In this document: piece by piece, positions 1-19,638 of the stretch
Layout: every line of letters starts with the position of its first letter
How positions within the stretch are numbered: position 1 is the first letter of the stretch
Origin: Phoronis australis
Taxonomy: Eukaryota; Animalia; Phoronida
Length of the DNA: 64,000 bases
NCBI GenBank assembly: GCA_002633005.1
Contig: NMRA01000304.1
Location: 89,200-153,199 of the forward strand
Reading direction: 5' to 3'
The notes under the pieces: model-generated
Told to the model about the DNA's origin: nothing
Database searches by the model: none
The model's input: the letters and a program-made list of their open reading frames with translations, nothing else
Position numbers and translations under genes: made by a program

Positions 1-56
1 CTTGTAATGGGTAAGGATGTTTTACCATGAGAAATTGAGAGCAGAAAACAACTCAC

Positions 57-3000
57 TTTGAGAAACTATCTTCCAGGTTAAACACCTCTTCAATGTTACG
101 TTCTTTGGTGTCGGTCGAGGTATCATTGACCTGTACCAGTGGTTCATTCGAGGTATCGCTGACCTGTACCAGTGGAACAGTTAAGGGACTAGAACACGGT
201 GAACTCAATGACTGACTGCAAGGGCTAGACGTAGGAGTGCTATCAAGAGATGATCTCGGTAACCCGGGGTGAGGAGCTTGAAAGATGGGACTGTCGGTGT
301 TGATACGGACCACGTCAGGATTTTTCTGGAATTAGAATTGAAATAGGTTGATTTTGGTATGGAGAATCTGATAACAGAAAAATATCTAAATAAAACTGGT
401 CCTAACAACAATAATATACAGTTCTGAGTCCTCACTTCCAATAACGAGGTGATGTCACTCAGCAAAATTGGGGCTGCCAATATTTATTTGCAGTAATTGT
501 GTTTTATTAAAGGCTTAGGCCTCATAGCCATACTGTCCACTTAACAGATGTATTTTCCAAACGTTCATGAAAATACTTAAGGGAACTCTGAAACACAAAA
601 GCAAGAACAAAGCTCTAAATCTGCCAGCAGGGGGCAACAGTGCAGCCAGATCCATCTGTAAGTTGTTGTCACCCATTGTCACGCTCACCAAAATACATTT
701 GCCACAATGATCCTGCAAGGGGTTTAAGTTCAGACAGATGGACGCTAGACAGTTATGATGGCAATACGTGGTCTTACACACACTTGTGACCGCATAAAAA
801 AGATTCAATTCTGATAAACAAATTTCTTTATCGACCAATATCGCAAGCGCATTGAATAAATGTACTCAATTCAGGCGTTATTCTTAGGTCCTTCTCCCAA
901 ACTTGAAAAAGGTTCACATACCACATTATCACTTAGTTCTTTTTCCTTGTCATTGGCAACACTGAACGCCTGAGCAACCGTCAGAGTGACGGCATGAGCC
1001 ATTTTTCGGTTATCACATAAAAATGCATGGCATTCCATCGTTTCATTCTCTGTATTCCTTACAATGAAGGCAAACACCTTTTCGTGATGTTTGTCAGCTG
1101 TGCAAAAACATATCCTGCAAACAAGTGGAAAAGAATGTTCAAGCATAGCTGCAGAAGAAAATAATATAATACACCGACCAATGCAACCATCAACCAATGA
1201 GGGTAAAGCATACATTTTACACAAACTGTTTCAAGAGTTCCAACGGTGTTACAAAAGGTCACCCCCTAACAATTCAATAATGCGCTGAATTCTTGTCCAG
1301 CATATATTAATATTTGACTATACTGACACCCATTTATTTCGTGAAAAAAAAAGAAATTTGAAAATAGCGATTTGCACATTTCTCAATTACAATTTTATAA
1401 ATGGCACAGTTTATAGTAGAAGTGCCCAACCCAATTTTGTGTTTATTTGTCACTGGGCCCCATTTACAGGAGCATGCAGCTACCGTGTCCACCCACGTAG
1501 ACATGCTGATATCTAATTACAGTTTAGAGCGAGGTAAATGAAAAGTAACATGTGTAATAATGAGCTTATAAAGCTTTGTACAATTAAAGTTGCTTTCATC
1601 CTGCTTAGCTGGCTAAAATTAAAATCGAATTAAGCCTTCTACTCTCATAAAACCAGTCTCCAAATATTCTTCACTGTCATCGAAATCCATTTTCCTTACA
1701 AACTCAAGTCACAGGCAAAGCACACATGCACCATTTTCGAATTAGCAATTTTAAAGTTGGCCACCAAGAACTTGGAAACCATCAGCTACTCATGAAACAT
1801 TCTGCATGTCCTGGGACCGTAAATTCAAATGCGATTTTTGTTTAGCCAGCTACACTGAGTGAGATGCAGCTTTAACTAACAAAACTCTGTACAAGCATGC
1901 ATTTCAAATACAGCGGCGCGGGTCTAAATGCGTGTCTTCAATGGATATCAGAATTCACGGATCACCAATTCAATACTGTGAACAAACAGAATTTTCTGCT
2001 TTAAAGTGAAAACTTAGCATTAATACGTTAACAGAAAGTAGCCAGCAGCAACATGGTCAAGTAATATGTAAAGTTACCAAAGGAGTGATGGTTGCAACAT
2101 TAAAGGGTACCGTCCTAGGGGGTCCCTCATATTGACAAGGTACTCGTAGGCGTGCACCAAAAATTGCTGAGAGACACCTATTGCGAGTGCCAGGTCAGTT
2201 AATTCCCATCCCCTTTTGCGGAGTAGATTTTTCTGCCTCACCCCCCTTGGCGGAGTAGTACTTTTCTGCTCCAACCCTTTCGAGGGATGAAATAGAAATT
2301 TTTGGACACTGCGTGAGTCCCACAAAACTTGCTGAACAAGTATCGTCTACCCGCAATTTTTGATACACACTTGAGGGCACCTTTTCCATATAAGTGACCC
2401 CCCCCCCCGGGAGTACTGTATGCAAATGCTAAATGCTCCTGATGAAGCTACATACCTGTCGATGGATACCTGACTAATGGTGTAATCTCTTGTGAGGTCT
2501 ATAACTTCTATTCCACTGGATGAAATCTTCAGAGATGCTTTATCAAGCTTGTTGCCCTTAGATTTAGCCTGGCAATAGAAAGAGTAGAAACACTATGAGG
2601 CAAAGTGATGACAAACAAGTGCTCATGAAAAAATCAGACAGTATTTTTGGCAGTCAGTTTTTAAAATATGTTTGCAGGCATACTACCATGATTGAACTAA
2701 CAATGGTAGGCTCCCTACCTTTCAGGCTGCACGGGAGTACTCAGTAACATCCATCATTTTCTCATGAACAGATTCTTTTGTGACATGATTTATGTCCTTT
2801 CGTATTCACACCATTCTTGAATATACATTTCTTTTCACGCATTCCTTTCTCATGGACAGGACTACTCCGGAGAAAAGAGCAATACGAACGAGAAAGCCTG
2901 AACAGTCTATGACGGAGGGAGGAATATTGTCGTACCCGAATATGTGGACACATGTCAGAGTTAAACTCTGTCCTGTGTAAACACACCGACACAAACTTAC

Positions 3001-6000
3001 CTAAAAACATTAATGAGACCTCTTCCCCAATGCTAAAATCTCACCACTTTCCGACAAAAAAATTGGTTCTAACAATGTTATGAATGACACAAGTATTGAA
3101 CACTTTGTCTGATGGTGGCTGGGTTACAAAACATGTAAAAGCCCTTAATTTGATACTACATACATAATGGCTTAGTCCTGTGGGATAGGTTTTCCCGATA
3201 GCGGTGATCGGGAACTGGGGTTACAATAATGTTGTTAACAGTTTGAAAGCGAAAATAAGAGAAGAAAGATGGCTAACTAATGTTTACATATAGTCCAGCG
3301 CTCTTAATGACTGCGTTCATGTGATGAGCCCAATGTCATTCAGCAATTCGTGTAGTAAATAACGCGTCTGATGCTAACCAATATTTTGAAAATACTATTT
3401 GCAAACGACATTCATCAAATGCTGTGAAGATGTGTTTTTTATGAAATATTGTCACCAAAAAAATTTTGAATGTAGAAGACCGGACTTGCAGAGAAATTGT
3501 AGATTTTTAACTTTCACCTGCTCAATCACAAGGTGTAGCAGCTGTAAGCTTTGAACCGCTTAACCACAGCATTGTGTACCAACACAATAAGCTTGTTTTG
3601 CAAAGTTTAGTAGAGCGTGATTCCAAATCAGACTGAGGTTTTTGAAAATTTCTTGGTTTTAACAGTCCACCTGGGAATGGTACGGAACGCGTACTTCAAT
3701 GAAAAAGATGACAAAACAAAATTTCACGTCGGCATTAATATGCCCTAAATTGCACTATTTTACTGCAATCTCTATTTAAAGTGTAACGAACCAGGTTACT
3801 TGGCATCACCAAATATATTTCACACCATTCCTGGCCATGGCAGGAAATGCTTTCCATACCAAACTGACCACTGAGGACAATGGCGAGAGAGTAAAACAGT
3901 GTTAAAATGCCACCAGTTTTGATAGGATTAACCAACCTTTCTATGTCTGGGCTGCTTTAAAGCCAATAACAGCTTTGGAGTATGCCATTGTAATGTCCAA
4001 GACATGTGGAAGAAAGTATATCATATATACCTAAACAAAAATTGACGACTGCAGCAAACTCGAATTCAAAAGAAGGCACCAACGTTAAAGGCACGCAAGA
4101 AGGCTGGCATTCACTAAAATAATATTTTAGGTCACAATCTCATTATGCTCTAGCTCCCATGTCTGTGATATTTTAACACTTTCTCACACAAACAATTCCA
4201 TGTGGATAGGAATCAAAAGTGCACAACCTCAGTAAAAATACAACAATCTTCCCTTCCTTGCACTGTTGCCAAATATCGTTACTTCTCTATTAGTGCACAT
4301 GTCGATAACTTGGCTGCAGCAGCTAGCGGGAACTCGAACACCCAAATGTTGTTTTTATGGTATTAACAAAGAATAAACGGACTGATGATCATCAACTATA
4401 ATTGCCTTAATCTTTTCTGTTTGAGAATTTTGACAAAATAAAAAATTCACTTGACCAACATGTTGTGTGCTACTAGGTGAAAATAATAAAGTTTCTTCTA
4501 GTTAGAACAAAAATGTCTGAACAGTTTTATTCTATCTAATTTTCAACAAGAGAAAACAAGAAGACAATTATAGTCTGGTTGCCATCAACGAACACACCAA
4601 TAAAATTTTAAACATTTTTGGCAAAACAGTGATCGCTTAAACAAAAAAAAACGACACTGGTGGCCATGACTTTTGTTCGAATTCAAGGGAACATTATCGT
4701 AACTACCACACACAACAAGTGGTGGCAGGTATGTTTGTTTACCCTGGCATATTTTTGGTATGACAAAGTTTACATTAGCTTACCAAATCTAACTGAGCCT
4801 ACCAGTGCAAATATCTCGTATTACTGAAAGTCCATACCTTGTAACTCTAGTGGACAGAAGCATTATTTACATAACTTTTATTATCCACCACTGGCGTTGA
4901 AGCTCAAGACAACATATTGATATGTGGAGGCAATCAGTACTAGGGAATCAATTAGTGTTGGGTTGATTTCTTCAAAACATTTATGCATATATGCACAGAA
5001 AATAATCAATTCCTGGTCGAGTGTCCACAACCGACAGGCATCACTTCTATAGTATCAATTTATGTGCCACAAAATGTGCTTGACAGAAAATAGTAAATCA
5101 TTAATTAGTACAAGAAATATGGTAAATTAAATTAAATTTTCTCCAATTCGAATAAAAATAAAGGTCAAAATGATCATATATTTTATTTTCCAAAATGCTC
5201 ACTACATAGCAAAAAAGGTTCAACATTTCATTGAGTGTTAGTTGATGACAAGCCATACTTTCTCACGTGACCTGGAATGTGTTACGACGCGACTGGTTAA
5301 TAACACCGAGTATGTAATTCTTTTGATATTACATGGGCGAATCACAAAGTAGTGCCAAGTGGAAATCCATGCGCCTTACATTTTGTCATCTGCAAAACAC
5401 TAAACCAACCAAACACGAGCCAACCAAACAATGCCGAAATTCCGAGAAGGTGACAAGGTTATGATTGGCAAATCATGTGTCGCAACTATATGTACTACCA
5501 GTCAGACGGAGATGTAAAGAACTTCTTAAATGGACCCATCTTCAATGGCGAATTCGATATCCACTTTCATTCAAACGGAGACAAGCCCCAACTCAAGAAA
5601 TGCAGCTAGACTGTCTAGCTGTGCTGTCTCAAAGTCAATTCAGTGCTCACGCACGGAAAAGTCGGAAAAGTCGTGCTGACTGTTATTTATAACATTTGCA
5701 AAGTTTTAATGTTACAGCTTTAAAGATCATTTATTAGATTCTAACTTGAATATTTGCCACGAAAGCTGAATGCAAATTGTTAAGCTTAAAATATAACAAA
5801 ATTAACAAAAAGTAACTGAATTACTTTACATTGTGCAGGCATGTCATGTGGAGAATTTCTCACTTACACTGGTGACCATTCTGATTCCCTAAGCCCCAGA
5901 CAACTTTAAGATGCCTATTCAGCACGCCCTTTGTATTGATGTAGATCTGAGCTAATGAAGTGGAAAGGTAATTGCTAGCATTACAGAGTTATAGCCTGCA

Positions 6001-9000
6001 ACTCTGGAGAGTAATTCTAACTTGGTACATTATAAATTAAACGAAATGACTAAAAAGGTTAACTTGTGTTTGTCTTCACAAACGGCCACTTCTTAAAGGA
6101 ATGATAAGTTTCATATTGGTTTTCATTATTTAATCTTTAATGCTTCTGCCCACTTGCTCTTTTTCTTACAGGAAACGGGTTGATAACCTTTTATCTAAGT
6201 TTTGAACTTGAAGTACCAGTACCAAAACAGTGGTAGATTTTGATCGCCAGCTAAACTTAAGTAGTTAAGTTCATTGTGAGCCCATCCCTAAACTTACCAC
6301 ATTACAGGTATACTAAACATTTCACGTGTCATTAAAGTTTAATCTTGATTAGAACTTAAATCATAAAATATATACAAAAGTGCAAATATGGTGATAACAA
6401 ACTGAAGATTGGGAATCTCTGGACAATTTGGGTGGCACTGACTATATAGCTCACAGCCAGTCCTAAGGTGCCAAAGACCAATTCATAGGGCAGCCTTTCC
6501 CATTTCAAATAATAACAAGTCTTCCAAAAATACAATACAATACAAAATGGAGCTTTGGGTCCTTCAAACTTGGATTTCATGAAGGAATTATCTTCAGACC
6601 ATGTTGTGCACATTACAATGAAACAGATTTGGAGGAGAAAATCATTTATCCAAGGTTTCCACAGGACTAGGAAACGATACACAACCTAAATGTAAAATGT
6701 AGAGTGGCACTGGCAGAAAACAAGGCAATGCAAAGTAATTTCAAAATAAGAGTCATCCTAGTGTTTCCATACATCTTATACCTACATGTTTATCTATTCA
6801 AAAGCAGCAATTCGGGGAATTATTAACAAGTATGAGTGATGAACTTAACAGTTTTGGGAGCCTGATAGGCATGGGTGTAAGGTGGACTTAGTACCATTCA
6901 CAATTATAGTGCTTCCTTGTACCATAAGTATCCAAATTTTATGTATAAATAAAGGTAATAAAATCAATTTAACTAAAGCGCCATCCACACACAGACTTAC
7001 CCTAGAACAAATTGGTACTCCTAGAACCAAGTTGTTGCTGGCTTTGGAGGTTGTGTGGAGGCTATTTGAACTAGTGCAACTTACTTCAGTTGTGACAATT
7101 TACTCCACCTTAGGTGAGATAACTAGTTCTGCGGTAACTTGCACCACTTCTAATCGCTGTGTGGCCACAAACCTGAGGCAAGGTGGAAGTAATTATCAGC
7201 TGCGGCTACAAATGGATCTTCTTTTGTGTGCTGCAACAGCTGTTCATTGTCATTCAAGAAGCGGCAACTTCCACCTTACCGCAGTTATCTAATGTGTGTG
7301 TGTGTGCGTGCGTGCGTGCCTGTGTGGGTGTGTGTGTGGGGGGGGGGGGACAATCCACTTTAAGTGGGGTAAGTCGCACAAGTGCAAGTTGTTCTAGGCT
7401 AGTCTGTATGTGGATGGTGTTGGATAGCAAAAGTTGAGTTCATTTCGTTGTACTGTGAGCGATATTAAATGGTTAGTGGGTGCATTTATATTTCTGCAAT
7501 TTCCAAACTTGCAACAGTTACTATGGAAATCCTTCACCTCTTAAGCACACAAATGGCAGACGAATGGAATTTAGTTTTCTTAAATTTTTCAACAAGAATA
7601 TAAATAAAAATCAAGAAAATTGTTGTCAATCAACAGTTTAGTTTGCACTGTGTAGGAGCCGTAAAACAAAATGTAGTTATCAGAACCAAGGCTATCAGTG
7701 TATGAAAAACATTATTTTCGTGTGAAATCAAAATTGACGAATTATTGTTAAACAAACTTATTACAGTGATAAAGCTATGTGGTCCTTGAAAACAAAATTG
7801 GTAACTTGCAGGAAAACCACATCTGTTTTCAATGCAGAATACTAAAGTGTTTTTGATGTTATGTTTAATCAAAATATAAATTCCTGGTTATCATAAGATA
7901 TATATTTTCCCATGTTGATTATTGCTACCCTGGAGGGAATATGTACAACAGAAATAGCCGTGAACAGTCCAGCAAAAAGCGTGCATCTTTGATCTGTCTT
8001 CACTTTCGTTAAGACAATGAAAATCTCAGTCAGTCCTTCTTGTTTGCTCAATGCAAGTGAATCCAGAACCAAGATTGTTAGGTCGTTTACGCCCCATTGT
8101 ATTGTTTCATGGTAAATGTACATGAAGGGGACAAAAATTATCACTAAAAATTTCTTTAAGGCATACATCTGAATTTTTTACAAAAGATAAAATGAAAACT
8201 GATTGATTTCCCTTTAAGGATACACAGAAACTTCAAAAGCGCACAACCATTCCCCTTAAAATCACTGAAAACCCTAGATAGAATCTTGTTATTTTAGCAC
8301 ACAATATGTCGGAGAGGTGGGATTTCATTTAAAGGAATTTTCCCACAAAAGAACATGGAGAAAATTCTACATTCTTGATGGCATTTTGTGCACTGCACAG
8401 ATGTCATGAAATGTCATTAACTTATGAAATCAGCTAAAGGTTAAATATCAAACCTTATTTTAGTGATTTCCATTCTAACTCATATACCAAAAACACGATA
8501 TGTCAACTAGTAAGTATACATTTATACATTTTCTGAAAGAAAAAATATCAGAGATTATAACGTATGTTTTATAGTAATGTGCCATTATTATTATTACACT
8601 ACTGCCTTTTTAGTCAAAATTTAATTTTCAAGAAAGATACATTCACGGCAAAGTAAACCTTGGCTGATTTAAATGAAAACCTTTTTACATGAAAACTTGA
8701 CAATTTACCTAAAAAAGCTGTTAGGAATCTTCGATTACTAATTTAGTTTTGTTTTGATGCCAAATGAACTCGCAAAACGTAGGGAATTTTAATAAAAAAT
8801 AGCAGTCCTACTTGTCTAGAAGAGGTATTTAGCTAGACATAATCTGAAATACATTTTATCGTAAAAGTCCCAGTTTTTGTGAATAAAGTTTGAGATGCAA
8901 AATGGAATGTCAATTTTTGAAATTATTCTTTTCCCTGTACTGAAAAATTACCACATTTATGAAATTATTGAAACACATATCTGAGTCACTACTCTCCAAG

Positions 9001-12000
9001 ATAAAAAACATAATCTGAACACAGTCGACAAAACTCACACAAGTCATTTTGCAAAAATGCCACTGAAATTGGGCGATAAAAAGTGATCATGATTGCTGGA
9101 CCCAGGTGCAGGAAGTCTGATGAATCCCCTAATGTTATCATAGCTGCTGAGCTAGATATAAATGTTGATTAAAAATTGAAGGCATTGCGTATGAATAACA
9201 CAGCTTGTGTTTTACACTATTTTGGCCAAAGCTTCTGTCTATGTCCAAAATGAGGAAAACGCGCCTTTACATGAAACACTTGAAAAAACAAGAAAAATTT
9301 AGTTGACCTAATCTTGATAGATCATGTCGAGATGATTTCAAGACAAACCAGTAAGTGAGGAGAACTTACATAGAAACATCAAATTAATAGCTGCATTTCG
9401 TCTCGCTCAGCTGGCTCAAAAGCAAAAATCGACTTAAGCCTGTAATTCTCATCAAATCTGTCTAATAATACACCTTACCATGACAGGATCTGAATCTTTT
9501 ACAAAAAAAAAGAAAATGGAAATTATCAACAACTCAAGAAAATGCTTCAGAGTTTGTTGGGGTAGGCCAACCCTAAAATTATGAATTTGAAAATGGTGTG
9601 TGTAGGCATTGACTGGAGTTGGTGACAGACATAGAATCTTACCACGGCAAGGAATGAGACCGATTTGATGAGAGTGATAGACCTAATTCAATTTTAATGC
9701 AAAGTGCAACTTTAAGACAATGAACCTGTACAAGTACCACTTACCTGCTAAACGTTTACGACACAGCCGAATTATTTAGTAAGGCCTTTCATGCAAGTAT
9801 TTCATAGAATTTTTATTTGGGTGAGCAAAGCTAATAATTATGTAATTTTTGTACAAACTTCCAAGATTCAGGGAAAAACCACGAAAAAGACTCATATGAA
9901 TGGCCAAAATGTGCAATTAGGCTAAGGAAATAGTAATTTTTTTACCACAAAAAATATCAATACACTAGTTTAACTCAGTTTCAAAAATGTTAGTTCACCA
10001 TGGCAACCATTTATTAATAAAGATACCTTACCATGACAACTATAGTCTTGACAGCGTCCGAGCTGATGCCACTCCCATAACTCTGCCCCTCAGGTAGTTC
10101 ATCAACCAGCGTACTGCCGATATATTTCAGATGAAAACCAACTCCATCGATGATTGGATCCTCCGCTTGACCCCACTGATCTTCAGGGACTTCTGTTGAG
10201 AAACAAAAATGACCTCCTTAGCCACAAGTGTGAAGAGAACAATTATTTATGATTTCTCAGCCACAAGTTATTTGGCATGGCTTCACCAGGCTTGAAGAAT
10301 ATATTTGAAATGTTTGCCCAAGGCTATATTTTTCAACCAAGGTAAAAGACCACATTGTCTTTATGAGTGTGTTGACCTTGAACAAATTGATAGAATACGC
10401 ACGCACGCACACACACATGTATCGGACATTTTATTTGCAAGTTACAAAACTCAAGAAATAACATCATAGGTCAGTTCATGATTATTTCCCTTTGGAAAAA
10501 CTATTCACCTCATTTTTCCAAGATACAATTACTTACATGTTGGTCGGGAGCTATTGTAATGGTTTCTGGACTGTTTTAAGCACCCCAAGAAATTAAAACT
10601 AGACACTGAATAATTTGTAAAAGGATCCACTATGTCACTGGAGCTCCTATGCACAGGGTTCAAATGAATGTTGTGTGCACTAATGACGTACTCTACCATT
10701 CAAATTTCACTGCATTCATAAGGCACAGGCACCTCTCCCCTCAGGTGAACGAGGGCCCTGGCTTTGGTTACAATGACTGAACTATGCAGAGAAGTAATAA
10801 GTAAATGCCAACAGAGTGGAAAATAAAGAAGCTTGAAATTGGGCAGAAGAGTGTGACAGGAGATCTTAACAACCTTATGAAAAAATGGCCATCATAGAAT
10901 ATCATTCCACAAGAGCAAAAAAGAATTTGCTGTTCTATGGGATAGCAGAAATACAGTACGAGGAAAGTGGAAAAAAAACGAGTAGCTGCTTAAAAAACTT
11001 TTTAATTTTTTATATGTAGCAAAAAGTTTGCTAAAAAATCTCAATTTCCAAATGTTCGTAAACTTTATTAAATTACATCCTGAAGAAAATACAGTATTTG
11101 TTGACTAGAGATTTAATGTTATTCTTTGTAAATGATGTAGACTGTACTGGTTCACGTGACGTGTAACTATAATGCTACAGCTTAAATAAACTTAATTCAT
11201 TAATAATGTTAGATTTGCGAGTGTACACAGACTCAGGGTGCTAAGAGAGATGGAAAACCATGTGTAGCAATTCCAAAGTTATCTTTTAACATTGACAGAA
11301 TGAAGGTCTTGTTAAGCAGGAAAAAACTACATGGGGTGAGGGGACTGATATTTGGATACAGGAAGATTTTCCACTACGGTAACTTGTTTAATTCCGAAAC
11401 CTGCATTTAAACTAGCTTAAAGTCAAGAATATTCAAGATAAACTGTTGATCAACAGTCAGTTACACTACACAGACGATCAGCATCAATTACCCATCAATC
11501 TGGTGTCAGAAGTAACATAGAGAACTGCTATTAGCAATGCCAGTTTATGTTTCGATATCACTTCTTAAGGTATTGTTTCTACAGCATCACCAAATTTCCT
11601 CTTCCTACTGTTGAGTTATGATTGGTCCAATGTATGTTGCTATGGATACCTCATGGAGGAAGGGCTTACTCACTCAACAAACACTTGGCTGTGGTTTTAT
11701 ATAACTGCATGGGTTCATTTGGTTATGAATATCGGCCAACAGCCAGCATGAGATCCAGACTTCTATTGGGTTGTCTTATCGTGGTTGATAGAGTTTCCTC
11801 TGAGTGCATGAGGTAGAATGTGCCAGATTGTTACTAGGCAACAGTGGTCTAAACTGGTCTGAGCCTTTTGTTATACACAGGCTGCACTTGGTTGACTTGG
11901 CAGATTCCACTGGGAAAACCAGCTAAGGCATCTCTCTGAATGGTCTATAAGCCAGAAGTAGTCAGAACCAATAAGACGTCTTGGCCAGGTGACCTATCAG

Positions 12001-13670
12001 AACCGGCAAAGGCAATGATGCACAGCCTTAGAGTGGAAGTCAAAATCATAATCATTGTGTCAACTATTTTTATGTCATGAATATAATATTGTCGCAGTTA
12101 ACTGCCTGGGACTCGGAGAACCTACTATGCAAAAAGATGTCGTTCTTAATTCAATATGCAATCAAAGGCATGTTCTATATTATTTTCATGACAAACACTT
12201 TTTGGAAGTTTTACAACCATATATTGCAAGTTAGTGGAGATACAAATGTATTTCAATTCCTTTTAATGTAACACTTAAAGTAGTGCCAACAGTTTAGTTT
12301 TTTCAATCTACAAATGCCAAAAGGATCCTATGTTTAGATATACCAGTAACTATATACAGGGAGAAAGGATCACCTTGTGACAGCCCGAATTTTTTTCAAA
12401 TCTATTTTCAGAAAAAATAGAGTAATTTAACAATGATGAATTTAATGTGACCACTTTAAAATCTGGCGTTAAACCAAGAGTTGGATAGTTACAACTATGA
12501 CGGAAGTAACAAACAACCCACAATGGTAAAAAACACTCTCAAAGAAATGATGGAGAATATAATGACTGTAACTTTCTCTCTGGAAATCACAAACATTAAC
12601 TTTGTGTTTCATGCGTGGGTGTAGGTACCCCCCCCCCTCCCCCCAGTGCTGCTCAGACAGACTACACAGTAGAAATTGGGACATATCAATGAAGGACCAG
12701 CAACCTTGCAACATGTCTTATCTATCTATTCTTCTGTTGTTGTCACCAATGTTTGCTGTTCAAACAATGAAAAACTTCAATTCATAGATGGATTTAGTTT
12801 TCATTGTCTGCAGTGACTAAAATGGATGGGGGAAAGAAAGTTGCCATGAGCAGGCAGTGGTTATTGAACCCATCTCAGTTTCCTAATCCAAAAGGAAGTG
12901 GGTAATAAAATTAAAAGATGAGGTGCAGTGCATAATCCCGACTGGTAAGAAGCCATTCATAGTTACTGGAGCAGAAATGCCATAAAGTGCGGGCCTCAAG
13001 AAATATTCCTTTGCTTTTGTGGTCAACATTTTGAATGTGCTGTGGCACTCCTGTCATTCCCTGATGATGGAGAAATGAATCCCTGTGGAGTCATGAACAC
13101 AACACTGACACTTCGTAATCTGTAGTATACATTTGCACATCGTTTGTATTTGGACAGTTGAAGTGTACAGACCAGGCAACTAGGGTCTGGAGAGTGACCA
13201 CCGCCTCTAGCTGGCCCCAATATAGACCGTTTAATCATTGTGAGGGATAATTCGTCGAAAAACTTCCGGCGTATGAAGTTCCTATGCCATGGGAGATTCA
13301 CCGTCTACTGGGGCCAGCTATAGACGGTGGTCACCGTCTGGAGCCAGGGTCATAAACCAGATGATGTAAGTTCCACGAGAAAACATTCAAGTACAGTGAC
13401 AACACGTATTCAGTATATCTGTTTATCGAGAAGTGACAGAATAACAAACAAAGCCACTAAGGTGTTGTCACAGGCATCCAGCGGGACATTGCGAGAGGAT
13501 TTGTTTGAAATGGCCATCCATTGGTCGCAAATAACTCACGCCATATTCTATTTATAGACTTGGCAACAAGCGCTGCATGTCTGTGTTTTGTATTTGCGGT
13601 ACTTACTTTTATGTTTCTGCTTTTTCCTAAATGTTACGGGACTCCGCCACACTGACTTCAATACTTCCAT
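57..13670 (-). CDS. LDLRAP1: LDL receptor adaptor protein 1 (ARH)-like PTB-domain adaptor, 5' part; continues beyond the left edge
   Basis: Exons (minus): 13670-13607 (MEVLKSVWRSPVTFRKKQKHK), 10192-10032 (VPEDQW...GVGFHLKYIGSTLV...AVKTIVVM), 2568-2456 (AKSKGNKLDKASLKISSSGI...VSIDR), 1114-922 (ICFCTADKHHEKVFAFI...MECHAFLCDNRKMAHAVTLTVAQAF), 325-57 (S/P/T-rich, ends LEDSFSK). All junctions are GT-AG with consistent phases 1,0,2,0,2. The PTB sequence closely resembles vertebrate ARH (SLKYLGMTLV, ISYCTADKMHDKVFAYI, ECHAFLC, MAQAVTLTVAQAF). Confidence 0.9.
115..175 (-). repeat. 33-bp coding tandem duplication in LDLRAP1 exon 5 (PLVQVSDTSNE / PLVQVNDTSTD)
   Basis: TCGAGGTATC(AT/GC)TGACCTGTACCAGTGG at 115-142 and 148-175. 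Confidence 0.85.
1584..1875. mobile_element. Non-autonomous DNA transposon (MITE) with TTAA-AG termini, Kolobok-like
   Basis: Ends are TTAAAGTTGC and GCAGCTTTAA, with subterminal inverted AGCTGGCTAAA/TTTAGCCAGCT. A related copy lies at 9384-9715. Confidence 0.6.
7070..7397. mobile_element. Degenerate MITE-like inverted-repeat element containing a (TG)n/G-tract microsatellite at 7293-7349
   Basis: Imperfect terminal inverted repeats (CTAGTGCAACTT...ACTCCACCTTAGGTG vs CACTTTAAGTGGGGTAAG...AAGTTGTTCTAG) and an internal inverted pair AGATAACT..TGCGGTAA / TTACCGCAGTTATCT. Confidence 0.35.
9384..9715. mobile_element. Second copy of the TTAA-terminated MITE family
   Basis: Left end TTAATAGCTGCATTTC..CAGCTGGCT..AAAATCGACTTAAGCC..CTCATCAAATC resembles the start of 1584-1875; right end GATTTGATGAGAG...GCAACTTTAA. 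Confidence 0.55.
11674..11710 (-). CDS. LDLRAP1: Candidate alternative first coding exon of LDLRAP1 (MQLYKTTAKCLL)
   Basis: ATG at 11710, 12 codons plus 1 nt, then a GTGAGT donor (11673-11668). It is phase 1 like the main exon 1, so it joins exon 2 in frame. An in-frame stop lies upstream. Confidence 0.35.
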
Positions 13671-14168
13671 CGTAAACTCTTGATCATAATCCGCAAGCGT
13701 AGGTATGTGTAACAGGAAAGTAGACCTATTTGACAGCAGCCAACACTCGATCCCACCCAATGTGTAATGTGTGACTTATCAACAAGGGTCATAGTTCAGG
13801 AACGACACAAATCTAATTAGCTATTGGTTAGTTGTACCGAGAACCGGAAATTTTTAACTGAATATTCATAAGCTGTTTCCAAATAAGGAAATAATAGTGA
13901 CCGATATCTGTTTACATAAGCAACCAAGACTGATAACGTTTCATCAGCAAGTTAGTGATGAAAAGAAATCACCACGAGTATTCATTCTTTTTTGTCAATT
14001 TAACATATCCCAATTAAATTGATAAAAATGATAAAATGTACCGCATTTTGTTATATTTTTTTATAAAATAGTCATTTATAAAACATGATGTAAATCTACT
14101 TATGCTCAACTGATCGGAAGTAAACAGCACTGCGACATCCAATCTCTGCTGTTTTGTTATTTGCCGTC
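13671..14168. promoter_or_regulatory. Bidirectional promoter region between LDLRAP1 and LANCL3
   Basis: Divergent ATGs about 500 bp apart. Contains ETS-type ACCGGAAAT (13843-13851), CArG-type CCAAATAAGG (13879-13888) and CGGAAGTAAACA (from 14115). Confidence 0.6.

Positions 14169-19638
<5,470 letters not shown>

Noticed and set aside
5431-5610. Protein-like broken ORF (MPKFREGDKV... / MYYQSDGDVKNFLNGPIFNGEFDIHF...)
   Set aside because: Short, frameshifted and antisense within an LDLRAP1 intron; possibly a transposon relic, but no family was recognisable.
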